Shown: positions 1 through 12,227, counted from the first letter of the stretch. The stretch is 37,986 nt of DNA from Halocafeteria seosinensis (GCA_001687465.1 LVLI01000373.1:1-37986); one strand, 5' to 3'. Translations and numbers: made by a program. The notes: a model not told the origin generated them from the letters alone.

Positions 1-744
1 TTTGCGCTTGTTGTGTTGTTGTGTGTTGTATGAGCACTGGAAGGGTGGCTAGACAATCACGTGAGACTTCCGGATGGGCTTTTTTTTGTTTGTTTTTTTT
101 GGAAGAAAACGGTTGAACGCTGTTTTCTCGGAGGGGGAGTCCACTGGGAAAGGCTTCCCCATCCCAAATCCCCCGGGGAAGAAATCCCGAATTGGGATCC
201 CCAAAGTGGAGAATATAAAACTCCAATAATGAATGTATTGACATGCAATACGTCATTGCGCATATGCACTGTATAATTATAGAGGTCGACGAGCTCAAAT
301 ATGATCAAATACACCATTATCTATACTGACAAAAGTAGTGGCCGTTAAAGTTCGCATGCAGATTTCAAACCTGATATTCAAAGACCAACCTGCTTATTCA
401 TTGCCTATTAAGTACATACACTAGTGCTCTCTGGAATAACATTTGACCTAAACGTCAGCATACTTATGCCGTGTGTTTCCGTGACAACTAGAACGTTACA
501 CTAGACGTAATCGGACGAAAATGGAGCGCGTAGACGTTGCAACAACGACCTGCCAGTGGGCCACCAGCCAGGCTGCCACCGCTTCCTGAGACGAGGAGGG
601 CAATTTCTGTCAAGTTCCTTCGCTACCGCCATTCGAAGGCCGTCTGATTTTGAGGATGAGCTGCCACCACATGCAGAGACGGTGGACATCGAAGCAGCTC
701 CTGAAGGTTGTGGAGAGCCAGCAACCACCTCAATCTCCAGTGCT

Positions 745-1130
745 CCTCTGGAAGTATCTCCTACCCCTTCTCAATCGGACAGTGCTCCTTGTCGCCATTC
801 CAGAAGTCAAATTCCCCCTTTTCAATCTTTCCCGGTCCCTTCTCAATCTTCTAGTGTTCCAGAGTCCCATCTCAATCTTCTAAGTCCCCAGTCGTCAAGA
901 AGTTCCAGTGTATTTTTTCAGTCTTCCAGTACTTCTCAATCTTCCAGAAGCCCCAGTGTGCCTTTCCAATCTACCAGAAGTTCCAAGGCTACGTTTCAGT
1001 TCCCTCTCAATCTTCTCCACCCCCTTCTCAATCGGCGCCGGGTTGCGTGTGCTCTTCCTCGACCATTTCGTCCCCATTCCCAAACGCCTAGCGCTCCTCA
1101 ATCTTCCAGTACCCCTTCTCAATCATGTAC
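745..1130 (+). repeat. Degenerate minisatellite-like array with TCTCAATCTTC core
   Basis: About 10-12 imperfect copies of (t)ctcaatcttc(cag) at irregular spacing of roughly 20-60 bp. Confidence 0.6.
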
Positions 1131-1185
1131 GCACACGAATTGGATTATACGTTCTATTCTTATAAAACATGTTAAGTCTTCGATG

Positions 1186-1285
1186 TTCCTTCCCCAAACC
1201 TTCCCCATGGGGAATGGGGATGGTCCCGGGGGGCTTCCCCATCCCCAGCTGGGGAACTGTTTTTTTTCCGGTCCCAACAGCCCTA
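1186..1285 (-). mobile_element. Possible hAT-like DNA transposon/MITE terminus
   Basis: The minus strand reads TAGGGCTGTTGGGACCGG.. from 1285, a hAT-like TIR start. It is followed by clustered TCCCCA/TGGGGA motifs in both orientations that resemble subterminal repeats. No partner TIR, TSD or transposase is seen. Confidence 0.3.
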
Positions 1286-1683
1286 GCGGCGAGTTCGACA
1301 ACTACTGTGACGTGTGCCTCTCCGTGTGGAGCCAGTGCATCTTCGAGCGGAGCCGGCCCACCGTTTGAGTGTGTTCCAGAACAAATTTGCCTATATTGGT
1401 TGTAACAGTGAAGCTGTGGGGTTGAAACGTCAAAGTGTTGATCTTCAGGTATCCAAATACAGAAATATTTCCACGATCCAAGAGGAGCGAACACTTTGTA
1501 TCACAGTTGAGTCCTCTCTTATACAATTGTGGAAACTGCAGACACCTCCTTTACCCTTGTAGCGGAGCAAGTCCGGAGTTCGCGTGTCCATTAATAGTTT
1601 GGCCTAAATAAACTACTTCTTTTTTGGTGTCTTTCTCATATTAGGAGCACGCAACAGCAAACGCTTGCGGAGCGAAAGACGAG

Positions 1684-4600
1684 ATGAAATTCGGAAAACG
1701 GATAAAGGAAGAAGCATTGGCACAGTGGCGGCATCACTACATTCGCTACAAGGAACTAAAGCAAATCCTTCACAAATTAGACCCTAGAGATGAACCGGAT
1801 AACACAAGAGAGGGAAATTCGGAGCAATCGGGAGAAGAGCGGGTCAAAAGAGTATCGTCCCGCTTCCTGCAGGAACTGGATGCTGTAAGCGGTGTCTCTA
1901 TCTCAACGACACGTGGCAAGAGTATCGGCTGTGGGATTCATGAGGTTGCAGGACATTTCCCATGTGAATAGCTTTGCGTTACGCCAGTTTCGCCGGTTGC
2001 AAGAGCAACGGGAAGCCGTAAACGGTGAGTGCATTGTGACATTGTGTAATATATCCGACGCGTGAGTGCATCATTTGTACCAAGAGTATAGGTTACAGCT
2101 CTCAAAAATGAACTATTGATGAAAGAGGTTGCCGAGATGGAGAAATCTGTGGAAATTCTCGAAAAAGATTTGCCCAAATTTATTGAGCTTAACTACACAG
2201 CTGTGTATAAGATCGCCAAGAAGCACGACAAGAGGACGGGTATTTCTGTCATGCACTCCGTACTACATAAAACTGAACAACTACCCTTCATGCGGCTCCT
2301 AGGTTTGGCTGGAGATGAGGCGAACAGGAGGGATAGCAGCAGTACTTTCCGTGATGGTGAAAGTGAATACTACGAAACTCAACTTCCGGAATCAAGTACA
2401 AGTACATTTGATGATATGGAACGTGCCTTAGCGGCTAAGAGGATAGAAAATTACTTAATTTTGTCCCTCAAAGTGATGAGACCTCACCTTTCCACTGATT
2501 CAGCTTCTAGAAGCCTGTTGCTGCGACAATTCCGCTCCGACTCAGCGCGATTGGCGCAATCAACATCGCGGGGATGCAGGAGTACTGCAACTGGGTGCGT
2601 TTCTAAGGGAGAAGGGGGAAATGATATGCTCATCAAGATTCAACTTCTGGCGCTGGGATTAAAGGCGATGACGCAGGAAATTGATGACGTCTATCCTGAA
2701 GGTAGTGCTGCACTCATTAGCCTCTTGTACTCATTCAATGATTTTTTCGGGAACACTGTTGACACTTCTGGAAGTCCATGTTCAAGACTAAAGGCGTACA
2801 CGCAATCAGTGCTCCAGGTAGAAAAGGATAAAAAGTTTAAAGAATTTATGGAAGAAGTTTTGAGCCGCCACGCACAACACGACTCGCTTAATAACGGGAA
2901 AGTCACGTTTGATGAAATCACGCAGAACAAGTCTGAGCTACGTTGTGATGACGGGTCGAAGTATGGTACTTTCGTCGCTGACGGTAAATTAACAACGCTC
3001 AACTTACGTTCGCAAGGTAGTGCGACAGCCGAACAAGGCATGCATCGAAATACTGAGAACCTTGGTGATGGTCAGTCGGTCACAGTAGACATCGAAAATG
3101 GAATGCAGCCGAAAGCCTCTTGCTTCAGCAACTGTTGTTTCTCATTTGACAAAGAAACGGTATTGCACTACGTTGATTTCATAGTGCCTCACATTGCGAG
3201 CTGGTTACCCCACTACAATATCAGAAACAAATTGGTAAGCGATGTTGTGGCAGGGGTAACTACGGCTGTGGTTGGGATTCCTCAGGCCCTTGGGTATGCG
3301 TTATTAGCAGACTTACATCCAATTTATGGTGTCTATGCGGCTATAGTTCCAGCGATAGTCTACGGCATCTTTGGTGGCTCTTCCCATGCCTCAATTGGTC
3401 CCATGAGTATTGTCGCTCTGATGGTTTCATCAGCGTTAAGTGATTTACCGGTTGATACGGGCGGAACGGAATACGTGAAATTAGTGATGATGATGTCAAT
3501 TATTGTGGGGGTGTTATTGTTGCTTCTTGGGTTGTTTAGGCTAGGATTTCTTGTTAACTTCATTAGCAGACCAGTTCTTAAGGGATTCGTCAACGCTGCA
3601 GCAATAATAGCCGTTCTGTCGTTGTCAGGAGACATGTTGGGGTTTTCTACAGCACCGACTACAGGAGCACACGAGTTGGTCGGGGAGTTGTTGAGCTCAA
3701 TTGATGAAACACATCCCTTTTCGGCAGTGATCGGGATATCGTCTGTTATATTACTGGTAACGCTGAAAGCTCTTCCAAAGGTCTCGAAGCGACTCCCTCC
3801 ACCACTCGTAACAGTAGTACTTGCAATAGTGGTTATGGCAATCTGGTCTAAAGCGGGCGCAAACAGAACGGATGATACAATAGCGGAAATCAAAGTTATA
3901 GGAGACGTTCCTTCGACTCTTCCAAAACCAATAGCTCCACCAATATCGGGCAAAGAATTATCGGAAATCTTTCCATCTGCAATTGCAATCTCCTTTGTGG
4001 CTTTTATTGAGCATATAGCCATTGTCAAGTCATATGCAACCAAGGAAGGGGAGGATATGGATTCTAGCAGAGAACTCCGCGCTGTAGGCATTTCAAACAT
4101 CCTAGGGGGCTTGTTTCAATCTTTTCCTGTAGCTGCGGGATTTTCTCGCTCTGCTGTTCATAAACAAGCAGGGGCAAAATCGCCGCTGGCTCTCATCATA
4201 TCTGGAATAATAGTTGTCGTGCTGCTTGTCAGCATTACTCCTGCCCTCTTCTATCTCCCGAAGCCGGTCTTGGCGGCCGTTGTCATTACTAGTGTCGGCG
4301 CCCTAATCGAGGTGAAGACTGCACGTCGTCTATGGCAAGAAGACCGAAGGGATTTCGTGGTGCTGCTAGTTGCATGTTGTTTGACGTTGTTTTTAGGAGT
4401 GGAGACCGGGGTCCTGGCTGCAATGGGGTTAAGCTTGCTTGTGTTCATATACGTTTCCACGGGGGCCAAAGTAGAGGAGTTAGGGCGTCTCTCGGGAACT
4501 ACACAGTACAAACCTCTTAGCCATCCGGGAGTCGTTCATGTCCGTCGAATCAAAATTTTAAAGTTTGACTCACCGTTATATTTTGGAAACGCTAACACTC

Positions 4601-5067
4601 TACAGGACGCACTCGTTTATGAGTTAAATAAGCGAAAAGATTTGCCGCCCCAGCTGCAATGGGAGGCACTCATCCTCAGTTTGGCCGCAACGCCCAGTAT
4701 TGACAGCACAGCAGTTGATGTCCTAAAAGAGATTGTGGACGATTTCCGTAAAGAAAATATCCCGGTCATACTTGCTGGTCCGACTTCCCTTGTCGAAGCC
4801 AGAATCTGGGAGACGGGCCTTGTCGAGGTTTTGGGAGGACCGCGGCACCTTTCCTCACAAATTCACCACGCCGTCTCCGCACTATCACTTCGCAAACTTC
4901 AGTGCCCTCCCAAGCCCAGAGAAACTGACAGGACACTTACTCTTGCTGGATCTACCCGAGACAAGATAAGTCGGAGTCTTGGAGCTTTTTGTCGAAAGGT
5001 TTCTACTTCTTTACGTCGAAACGTGGGAAGTGGAGAGCATCAACAACTTATTACTGATGAACAGTAG
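1684..5067 (+). CDS. SPX-domain / SulP (SLC26) anion transporter / STAS fusion protein, ~1080 aa; predicted join(1684..1884,1952..2024,2099..5067)
   Basis: N-terminus MKFGKRI..QWRHHYIRYKELKQIL is an SPX start. Two GT-AG introns (1885-1951 gtaagc..tgcag; 2025-2098 gtgagt..tacag) join it in frame through ELDA|DISHVNSFALRQF to the SPX end motif FIELNYTAVYKIAKKHDK. SulP signature DVVAGVTTAVVGIPQALGYALLA..GVYAAIVPAIVYGIFGGS..GP, then GFSRSAV and many hydrophobic segments. STAS motifs KFDSPLYFGNA and IDSTAVDVL. Confidence 0.93.
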
Positions 5068-5721
5068 TGGACCGCCACGGCATACTAGATGACATTGGGA
5101 GGGAACCTGATCTGGAAACACAGAGTTGGACAAGTGCTGCGCGCCATTCAGGTGCTTGACGACACTTTGAGGGGATACATCCAAGACTTGAATATGTTGT
5201 GCATGCGCCGTGGGGAAATGCAACACTGGTTGTGCCCAGCAGGCATCGCGGGGTACATCTGGTCTGCGACGAGTCTCCCTTGGGCAGTGTTAATTTAAGC
5301 GTAAGGAATTAACCGGTTGTATCACTCTTTGCTTCGCAGCAATATCGACATTGGGTTATCCACACGCACACTTCATTCATTTGTTTCATTTATTTTTTCA
5401 CTCCCACATCATTCAAGGCAAGAACTCCTCACCGCGACCTGACGGATAAATTGGTGACGGATTCGATGATCCGGGATTCGGGATTGAATCCGGGAATTCC
5501 TCCTAAGTGGGGGGAAAGATTGTACGGTTCAAACTTCAACTTGCACATGATATACACACACACAGGCCATGGCAGGTCTTTGTTTCATTAAAGTAGCAGA
5601 CATGATGTTGATGTTTCGCTCCTGTAGTAGAATAGGCTAGTTTCCCGTGCACTAGAGGAGACACGGACGTGCGTTTAGGGGAGAAGAAGCGGTGGCCCGA
5701 GAGGGGTGTGAGACAGGAACC

Positions 5722-8700
5722 ATGAAGTTTGGCAAGCGTATACGCTTTATGACAGTCTTTGTCTGGGCTGAAAACTACATTGACTACAAGAGTACGTATA
5801 TGCTTTTATAGCTGCGTCAAGTGGATACGGCGTATGGCCTCTGGAAGAAGGGTTTTGGGCACGAAAACTCCAAAAAGCTGCTCGAATAGGGGGACATTTT
5901 TATCTGGTCAATGCCTTTTTGCAGCCCTAAAGTCCTGTATTCGAGCCATTAAGGAGGGCAAGAAGGAGGAGCAAGAGTTTATTGACAAGTTCAAGTCGGA
6001 AGCTGCGCGCGTGCATACATTCTTTGGAAACAAACTGGATGATACCGTCCACCGGTTGGCGTCGTTACTCCAACGTACGGAAGATTATATTCATTCAGGA
6101 GTATACAACATTTTTGGAATAGATAGTCTTCATCGTGCCCTCGCTACGGTTGATCAAAGGTATGCCGTATGCGGGCGGAGTCACACCGTCACGGTTACGG
6201 TTGGTACAAAGTGAAATGTGACTTGTTACCACAGACTAACGGATCTTCAGGATTTCAGGGAAGTCAACCATGAAGGATTTCGAAAGGCTGTGAAAAAGGT
6301 TTGCTGATGGTAACGAAACAAGTGATTGAGCATGTATTTCTGATGTATACATATGAATACCTCCTTCTGCAGTTTCAAAAGCACATCCAGCCGAGGAATC
6401 AGCGACATACACAAACCTACTTAATGACGGTGATGCTCCCGAATATGGCGCCCAAGTTATGCCACCCGGAGAAACTAGGCACCGCGATTTCCTCTCTGCG
6501 CAAAGCCTTTCAGCAATTGGAAAGTACCCGAGAGCTGCTTCTACAAGAGATTGCTTCTTCGCAGCCTCGAATACTCGGACGCGACTCGTTTTCCTCTGCC
6601 GAGCGCAACTCTTTACAGGGATACTTGGCTGACTTGGGAACTCCCTCTACTGCCGTTTGGCATAGCTTGTCGAATCGCTTGAGGACTGCTGTGCGATTAG
6701 CTGATGCCGACAGAGTTGCATACATCCTCAGAACCTCGCTGTCGGACGCAGATTTAACGACGGTGATTGCTTTAGGAGGACCGTTGCTTCATCTCACAAC
6801 GGCCGCCGGCGATATTCCTAGCTCGAAGCTCTTGCTGAAGCTTGGAGTTGATGTGAACGTTCGAGATGTTGTTGATCGGACTTGTCTGCAGAATACTCTT
6901 AGAGCAGGTCAAAGGGACGTCGCCGAATTCCTATTGCAACAAAGAGCGGATCTCAACACGGTATCATTGAACCGTCATACTCTGTTACACTCGTCGGTTG
7001 TAAAGGGGAATCCTGAGTGTGTCCGTCTATTATTGCAATACAGGGCTAGGTCAGCTCCGCCCATCGCTTTGACGGGCCAGTTGGAGGAGGACACCCGGAA
7101 TCTTCTCGCAGGAGGTGGAATGCTGACCGCCCTTTTAGCGAGAGACGGTGGAGGCTACAACTCTATGTATTTGGCCGCATCCAGAAACCACCCGAAGTGC
7201 CTCAGCATTATGCTACAGGCAGCAGTCTTTGCTTTCCGGTACTCGGCTCAGCCGAGTGCAGTTCAACTGTCCGTGCCTCGAGAAGCCTCCACAGGGTCGC
7301 TCAGCGTCGACTCTAAAGAGCTCAGAGTGGAAGAAGTACACGGCTTGTTGTCTCGACGTATAGGCGCAAATGTGCAGTGGACAGCTTTGCATGGAGCAGC
7401 CCAAGCGGGATCTCATCGGTGTGTAAGGATATTGTTGGAGGTTGTCAGACTTTTGTCTTTCTCTTCGGAAAAAAACGCTCTTCATGGCCTACCCCCTCAA
7501 AGGAGTAGGACCATTAACTATCCCCGCCTTACTTCCCCATCTGCGAATGCTGGCATTGAGATGGATTTCGTCAATTGCAGAGTTGGTGCGACTAGCTCTA
7601 CAGCTCTGCATGAAGCAGCTCAAAGAGGATTCATGCGTACAGCTGCGTGGCTGCTCAAGGCCGGTGCTTGTACTACCATTGGTAATGCATATGGCGAGTC
7701 GCCGCTGCACATGGCCGCAAGATCTGGACACGCTGTACGTAAAAATTGTTTTCTTGCTAATTGAAATTTCGTTTATATATCTCTTTTGGAAATCCCCAAT
7801 GCAGAGTACTTTATCATTAATGCTGCGCTACACTCCAGGTTGGGCTTTAGCTGCCATCCCACCTGAGCGGATCGCCGTCCCTCTAGAATCAGTAGGATCG
7901 AGCAAGCAGCGTCGTTTCTTCTCGCCTATACCGGAAGGGAATGCTGATGTGTACAGGGAAGAGAGCAGCAATCAGTTCAACATGAGAAAGGAAAGAAATG
8001 AAACTATTCATTGTAACATCTCTGCTTTCTTCATCAATCCGAACTCGTGGGTGCCGCTGCTACACGAAGCAATAGACTCTTCTAGCACTGCTGGAGCGCG
8101 AACATCGGCTTATCGGCAGTTCACGAGAGACGCCAAGGACGATACCGCGTCCAGCAGTGGGTCGGCCTCTCTTCGATGTGTATTAGCATTGTTGAAAGCA
8201 GGCGCGAACCCTGTCGAGGACGATGATGAAGGATGGAGCGCGCTTGCACTGGCGCTGTATATCGGTAATGGCCAGGTTGCCCAACTGTGTCGGGACTACT
8301 CTAGCTACGTTTTGTCCAGCAGATGTTCCAAAACGAGTTGTAGTCCTCCAACCGATTGGCGGAAAAGGGGAGGATATATCTCCAAAGAAGCGGCTGAAGA
8401 ACTTGGCGCGGGTAGTGAACCAGCACAGGCCGTCCAGGACGCAGACAACGACTCTGAGGACGCACATGATGTTGTCGAAGAAGGACACGAAACTCTTGAT
8501 GAGGGAGAATGGGAGCTGCGCGTCACTCTAGGAGGAATACCTTCTGTTAAGGGCACTGTTTCTGTGCCCGCGGTGTCGCTTCTTCCTTGGGCCCTCCCGG
8601 AAGAGACAGCCTCGTTAGTGCAAGCGGGGCACCAGAATTCTCAAGGGGAAGAAGCAGATGCACAAATGAGAACTGCCAATACATCCTTGCACAAAAAGAA

Positions 8701-11700
8701 CAAGCATTTACACGGTCGTACTCATCGTCTTGCACGTTTAGAAGAGCAGGAGTACGCTACTACAAAGAGGGTGCGTCTAAACATTCGCAAAATCAGCATG
8801 GCTGGACCATCAGGTTCTGGAACGTCTACAAACAGAGTGGGCTCTGATCAAACTGGCGTGGATGAAGGCTGGCATTTGACCGACGATGCAGACATAGAGG
8901 AGCAGCGTCTGAATTTACCATTGTACTATCGAAAGCATCCTGGCCCGTCTGCCCAGCCATTAAATATGAATCCCTTCAGCTCAAGTGAAAATGAAAACTC
9001 CAGAACAGAGGAGGTTATTCGCAAAACTAGGACAGAGCGCATTGCTCACCAAGAGCAAGCAGAAAAAGACATTGGTAGGTTGACGTCGGACGATGGTCTC
9101 TCCCACCAACAATCCTTGAAACCAAAGCAAGACAAGCAAGACACAATTGATGAGGAAGATTCGTCTGATTCCGAGTCTGCCAGCGACAGTGAGCAGGTAT
9201 CGGAAGCATCTGGGGAAGAGCAAGAAGATGACGCACCTAGCGCTGTTGAGCGAGGAGCCTCATGGCAGAAGTCAGTGTACGCAGAAAGCGTGGGTAGCAC
9301 AGGTACCAGTGGCGGAAGCGTCTTCGATGCTGAGCTTGACGATTTGGGTGAGACGGAAGGAAATGGAGTAATGTGCGTAGGAGCGGATGGACAAATGGTA
9401 AACACAAAAGGAATGGCTCTTACTGATGATTTGTCCGATTCTGCTGGGAAGGAGGCAGTTTCTACTACTCAACGTGCTAAGGAGATTTCGAAGAAAACAT
9501 CCCCCGCGAAGCGGAAAGGAGAAACAATTGGGATATGGGAAACTGCTCGGCCAGGAGAACTCTCTAGTTTAGCAGCCGACCCCGAAGCAGACGCAGAAAT
9601 TGTTTTCCATGCGCGATCTCCTTTTGAGTTCAACCTAAATGTAGACCTTTCAGCTGCGGGCACAGGTGCAGACAGTGTTGCCGGGAAGTCTTTGTGTCCT
9701 GCCTCTTTACTGACGCGCTGCAATCCAACGTCTTACACGTTCCATTTCCATGATGCTGCCAATCAACACGGTGTGAGCTTACCTCCTAGGGCGGTTCCAG
9801 AATATGGAGCTACTGCAGGGCACGAACAAGATGGGTATGGTATCCATCAATGGGGAGAAAATATGGCGATTCGGATGAGTGGACAAATTGCTCTCCCAAT
9901 TCTCTCGTCCAATGCTTATAGTGGAAATGACCATGCCGCCTCTGCGTTTGGAACTGCGCATCATGCGTACTCGTCTATGCATCCGCCATTCGACGTTGAC
10001 GAGGATGACTCCCGTTGGGTTTCTCGTATGGTAGCTGCTGTGTCACGAGGTTCTGGAAGCGGGCCTTTTTTCAATCATTTGGGCATTCTGACACTTCGGT
10101 ACATGCTGATCAGGCCGTACAAGCCGCCGGTGCCTAGACCAGTGTCGACACCTAGCCACACGGAAACGCATATTGGGGCTAAGAAGGAGGCCGCCAGAGG
10201 ACTCAAGCCTTACTGGAAGAGTGTTCGTCAAGTACGTGACACTGGGGAGGATAAACTGCATCGGTCACGAAACGCCAAGCTCGCGATGGTACCGTTCGTC
10301 GGGGGACCAACAAAAGTGTTCGGCCACAGGGGCAGTGGGGCCGATACAGCCAGCCGGTTAATCGGAGAAGAGATTGGGGCCCGGGTGCGACGAACACATG
10401 TTGCTGAAAATACGCTGCTGAGCTTCGTCACCGCTGCAAACTTAGGGGCGGAATATATCGAATTCGGTAGGTTTTCGCTTCTGATTTGTTCTATATTAGA
10501 AGCTTGCAGCAACAATGTTTTCCCCTTGCAGATGTCCAACTTTCCAAAGACTTGGTTCCAATTATTCATCATGACTGGGAAATTAAATTACCATACGCGC
10601 AAGAAATAACAGTTCCTATTACTCACCTGACCGCGGCTCAACTGCAACAGTTGCGTCCTCAAGTCTTGCCTCAAGACCGCGAAGAGAAGGAGCGGGAGAA
10701 AAGGCAGGCTGTAAAACCACCTCGGTCTCAGCGGCCGTCGAGCCGTAATGCGCATGGTGATGGGTCTTCTGCTTCTCCTGCTCTAGCGGGAATAAGCAGC
10801 GCGCAAGGTGATACTCCTCCTCCGTTTATGGCGAATGGTGAACAAGACGCCTTCCCTGGTCTCTCTAGTACGGCTCCACCCGATAAGAACTCCCGTTCAC
10901 TATGGCGATCTAATGATGACTCTACCATCCGAGAGTCTACTGCTCCAAGGCGGGCTCTCGAGGCATTGGGTCTAGACCGCACTGGAGCTGCTCAGCACCG
11001 CGAAATGTCATCCAAATATTTCTATGGGTTACAAGATAGCCTGACCACATTAGAAAGGGTATTCCAGGCCGTACCGACTCGTACGGGCTTCAATATCGAA
11101 GTCAAGTATCCAAATCCGCAACAGGCTTTGGAGCATGGGTTGAGACCAGTTGATAAAAATACCTACGTGGAGCGAATACTGGATTGCGTTTTCACTTCGT
11201 CAGTGGCCGAGCGAAAAGTCGTAGGTATTTTTTCAGGCTCTATTGCGTATATGTGATCACTCTGTACTGGTTTGTGGATTTATTGTCTGCAGATGTTTTC
11301 CTCTTTTGACCCTGATATTTGTCTTCTTCTATCAAAGAAGCAAGGTATTTACCCTGTGTTTCTCTTGACGGCTGCTGGTACCTACTTGTATGCTGATCCA
11401 CGCAAGAATTCCTTGCGGGCGGCAGTGCGCTTTGCCGTTTCTAACGGATTGTTAGGGATTGTATCTGACTCGACTCCATTGGTTGAAGCGCCTAGATTGA
11501 TGACTGAGGTACGAAATGCTGGACTAGTTCTTTGTACATATGGGGCCAGGAATAATGAGGTGAACTGCGTCAAAGTTCAAGTGGCAAATGGCGTAGCCGC
11601 TGTCATTGTGGACCACGTTGCGCATGTTACTCGTTCCCTACGGGAGGAAAGTGAAGGTAAAGCGGCATCTGGGAATGAAAGAAATAGAGGAAGCGATAGC

Positions 11701-11736
11701 GATGCCCCAGGAAGTGTAGCCAGTGCAACATTTTAG
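5722..11736 (+). CDS. GDE1: SPX-ankyrin-GDPD glycerophosphodiester phosphodiesterase (Gde1-type), ~1841 aa; predicted join(5722..5791,5925..6159,6235..6298,6373..7734,7805..10466,10532..11220,11293..11736)
   Basis: ATG at 5722 gives MKFGKRIRFMTVFVWAENYIDYK. Six phase-compatible GT-AG introns restore the SPX domain (YIDYK|TLK, VNHEGFRKAVKK|FQK), ankyrin repeats (WTALHGAAQAG, TALHEAAQRG, GESPLHMAARSGH, GWSALALA) and GDPD motifs (GHRGSG, ENTLLSF, GAEYIEF|DVQLSKDLVPIIHHD, GFNIEVKYP, |MFSSFDPD). Domain order matches fungal Gde1; orthology not tested. Confidence 0.9.
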
Positions 11737-12227
11737 TTTCATGGGGTTTGGGCACGTTCTGTGTTTTCTTCAAGACTTGCCAAACCAACACGCTATGAAT
11801 AGAGGTAGAATCCCAAACGCACCCATGCGAAACTAGCATTAATACAAACCAATCAGACACAGTTTTTCGACCGAGTTTTCAGAGTGTCCTCTCACCTTTA
11901 TATTTTCGATTCCGAAATTGTCAAGAATGACGTTTCTGAGAGGCTATCATACCTTAGAAAGTACGTGAGAAACGGTGTAGAGACGCAGGTTCGATATCTA
12001 CGCGTCGGAGGAAACAGCGAACTCGGTAGTGTTCCAAGCATTCCACGTTATAACCTTCGGGAATTTGGAAACAACCAGTAATGGGAAATTGCATACGGTG
12101 TGGTATTTATCCAGCTCACGGTGGAGTCCGTCCTATTGATGGTGCAGCCGCGAGTACCGACGGTTGATTACGACTACCCTGCTATCGCTACCTCACTATT
12201 GTGGGTACCAATGTCGGTTTGCATGGA

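Noticed and set aside
556..1368. 270-aa ORF as a protein-coding gene
   Set aside because: Non-ATG start, low complexity, and it runs through a palindromic non-coding-like tract; no domain evidence.
1909..1916. CACGTG (Pho4-type E-box) in intron 1 of the SPX-SulP gene
   Set aside because: A single 6-mer, also present at unrelated sites; no evidence for a Pho4-like regulator in this organism.
3360..4100. 246-aa minus-strand ORF
   Set aside because: Antisense to the conserved SulP membrane domain, with no motif of its own.
7442..7804. N-terminal 121 codons of the 1055-aa ORF
   Set aside because: They overlap ankyrin exon 4 in another frame and intron 7735-7804; the real exon starts at 7805.
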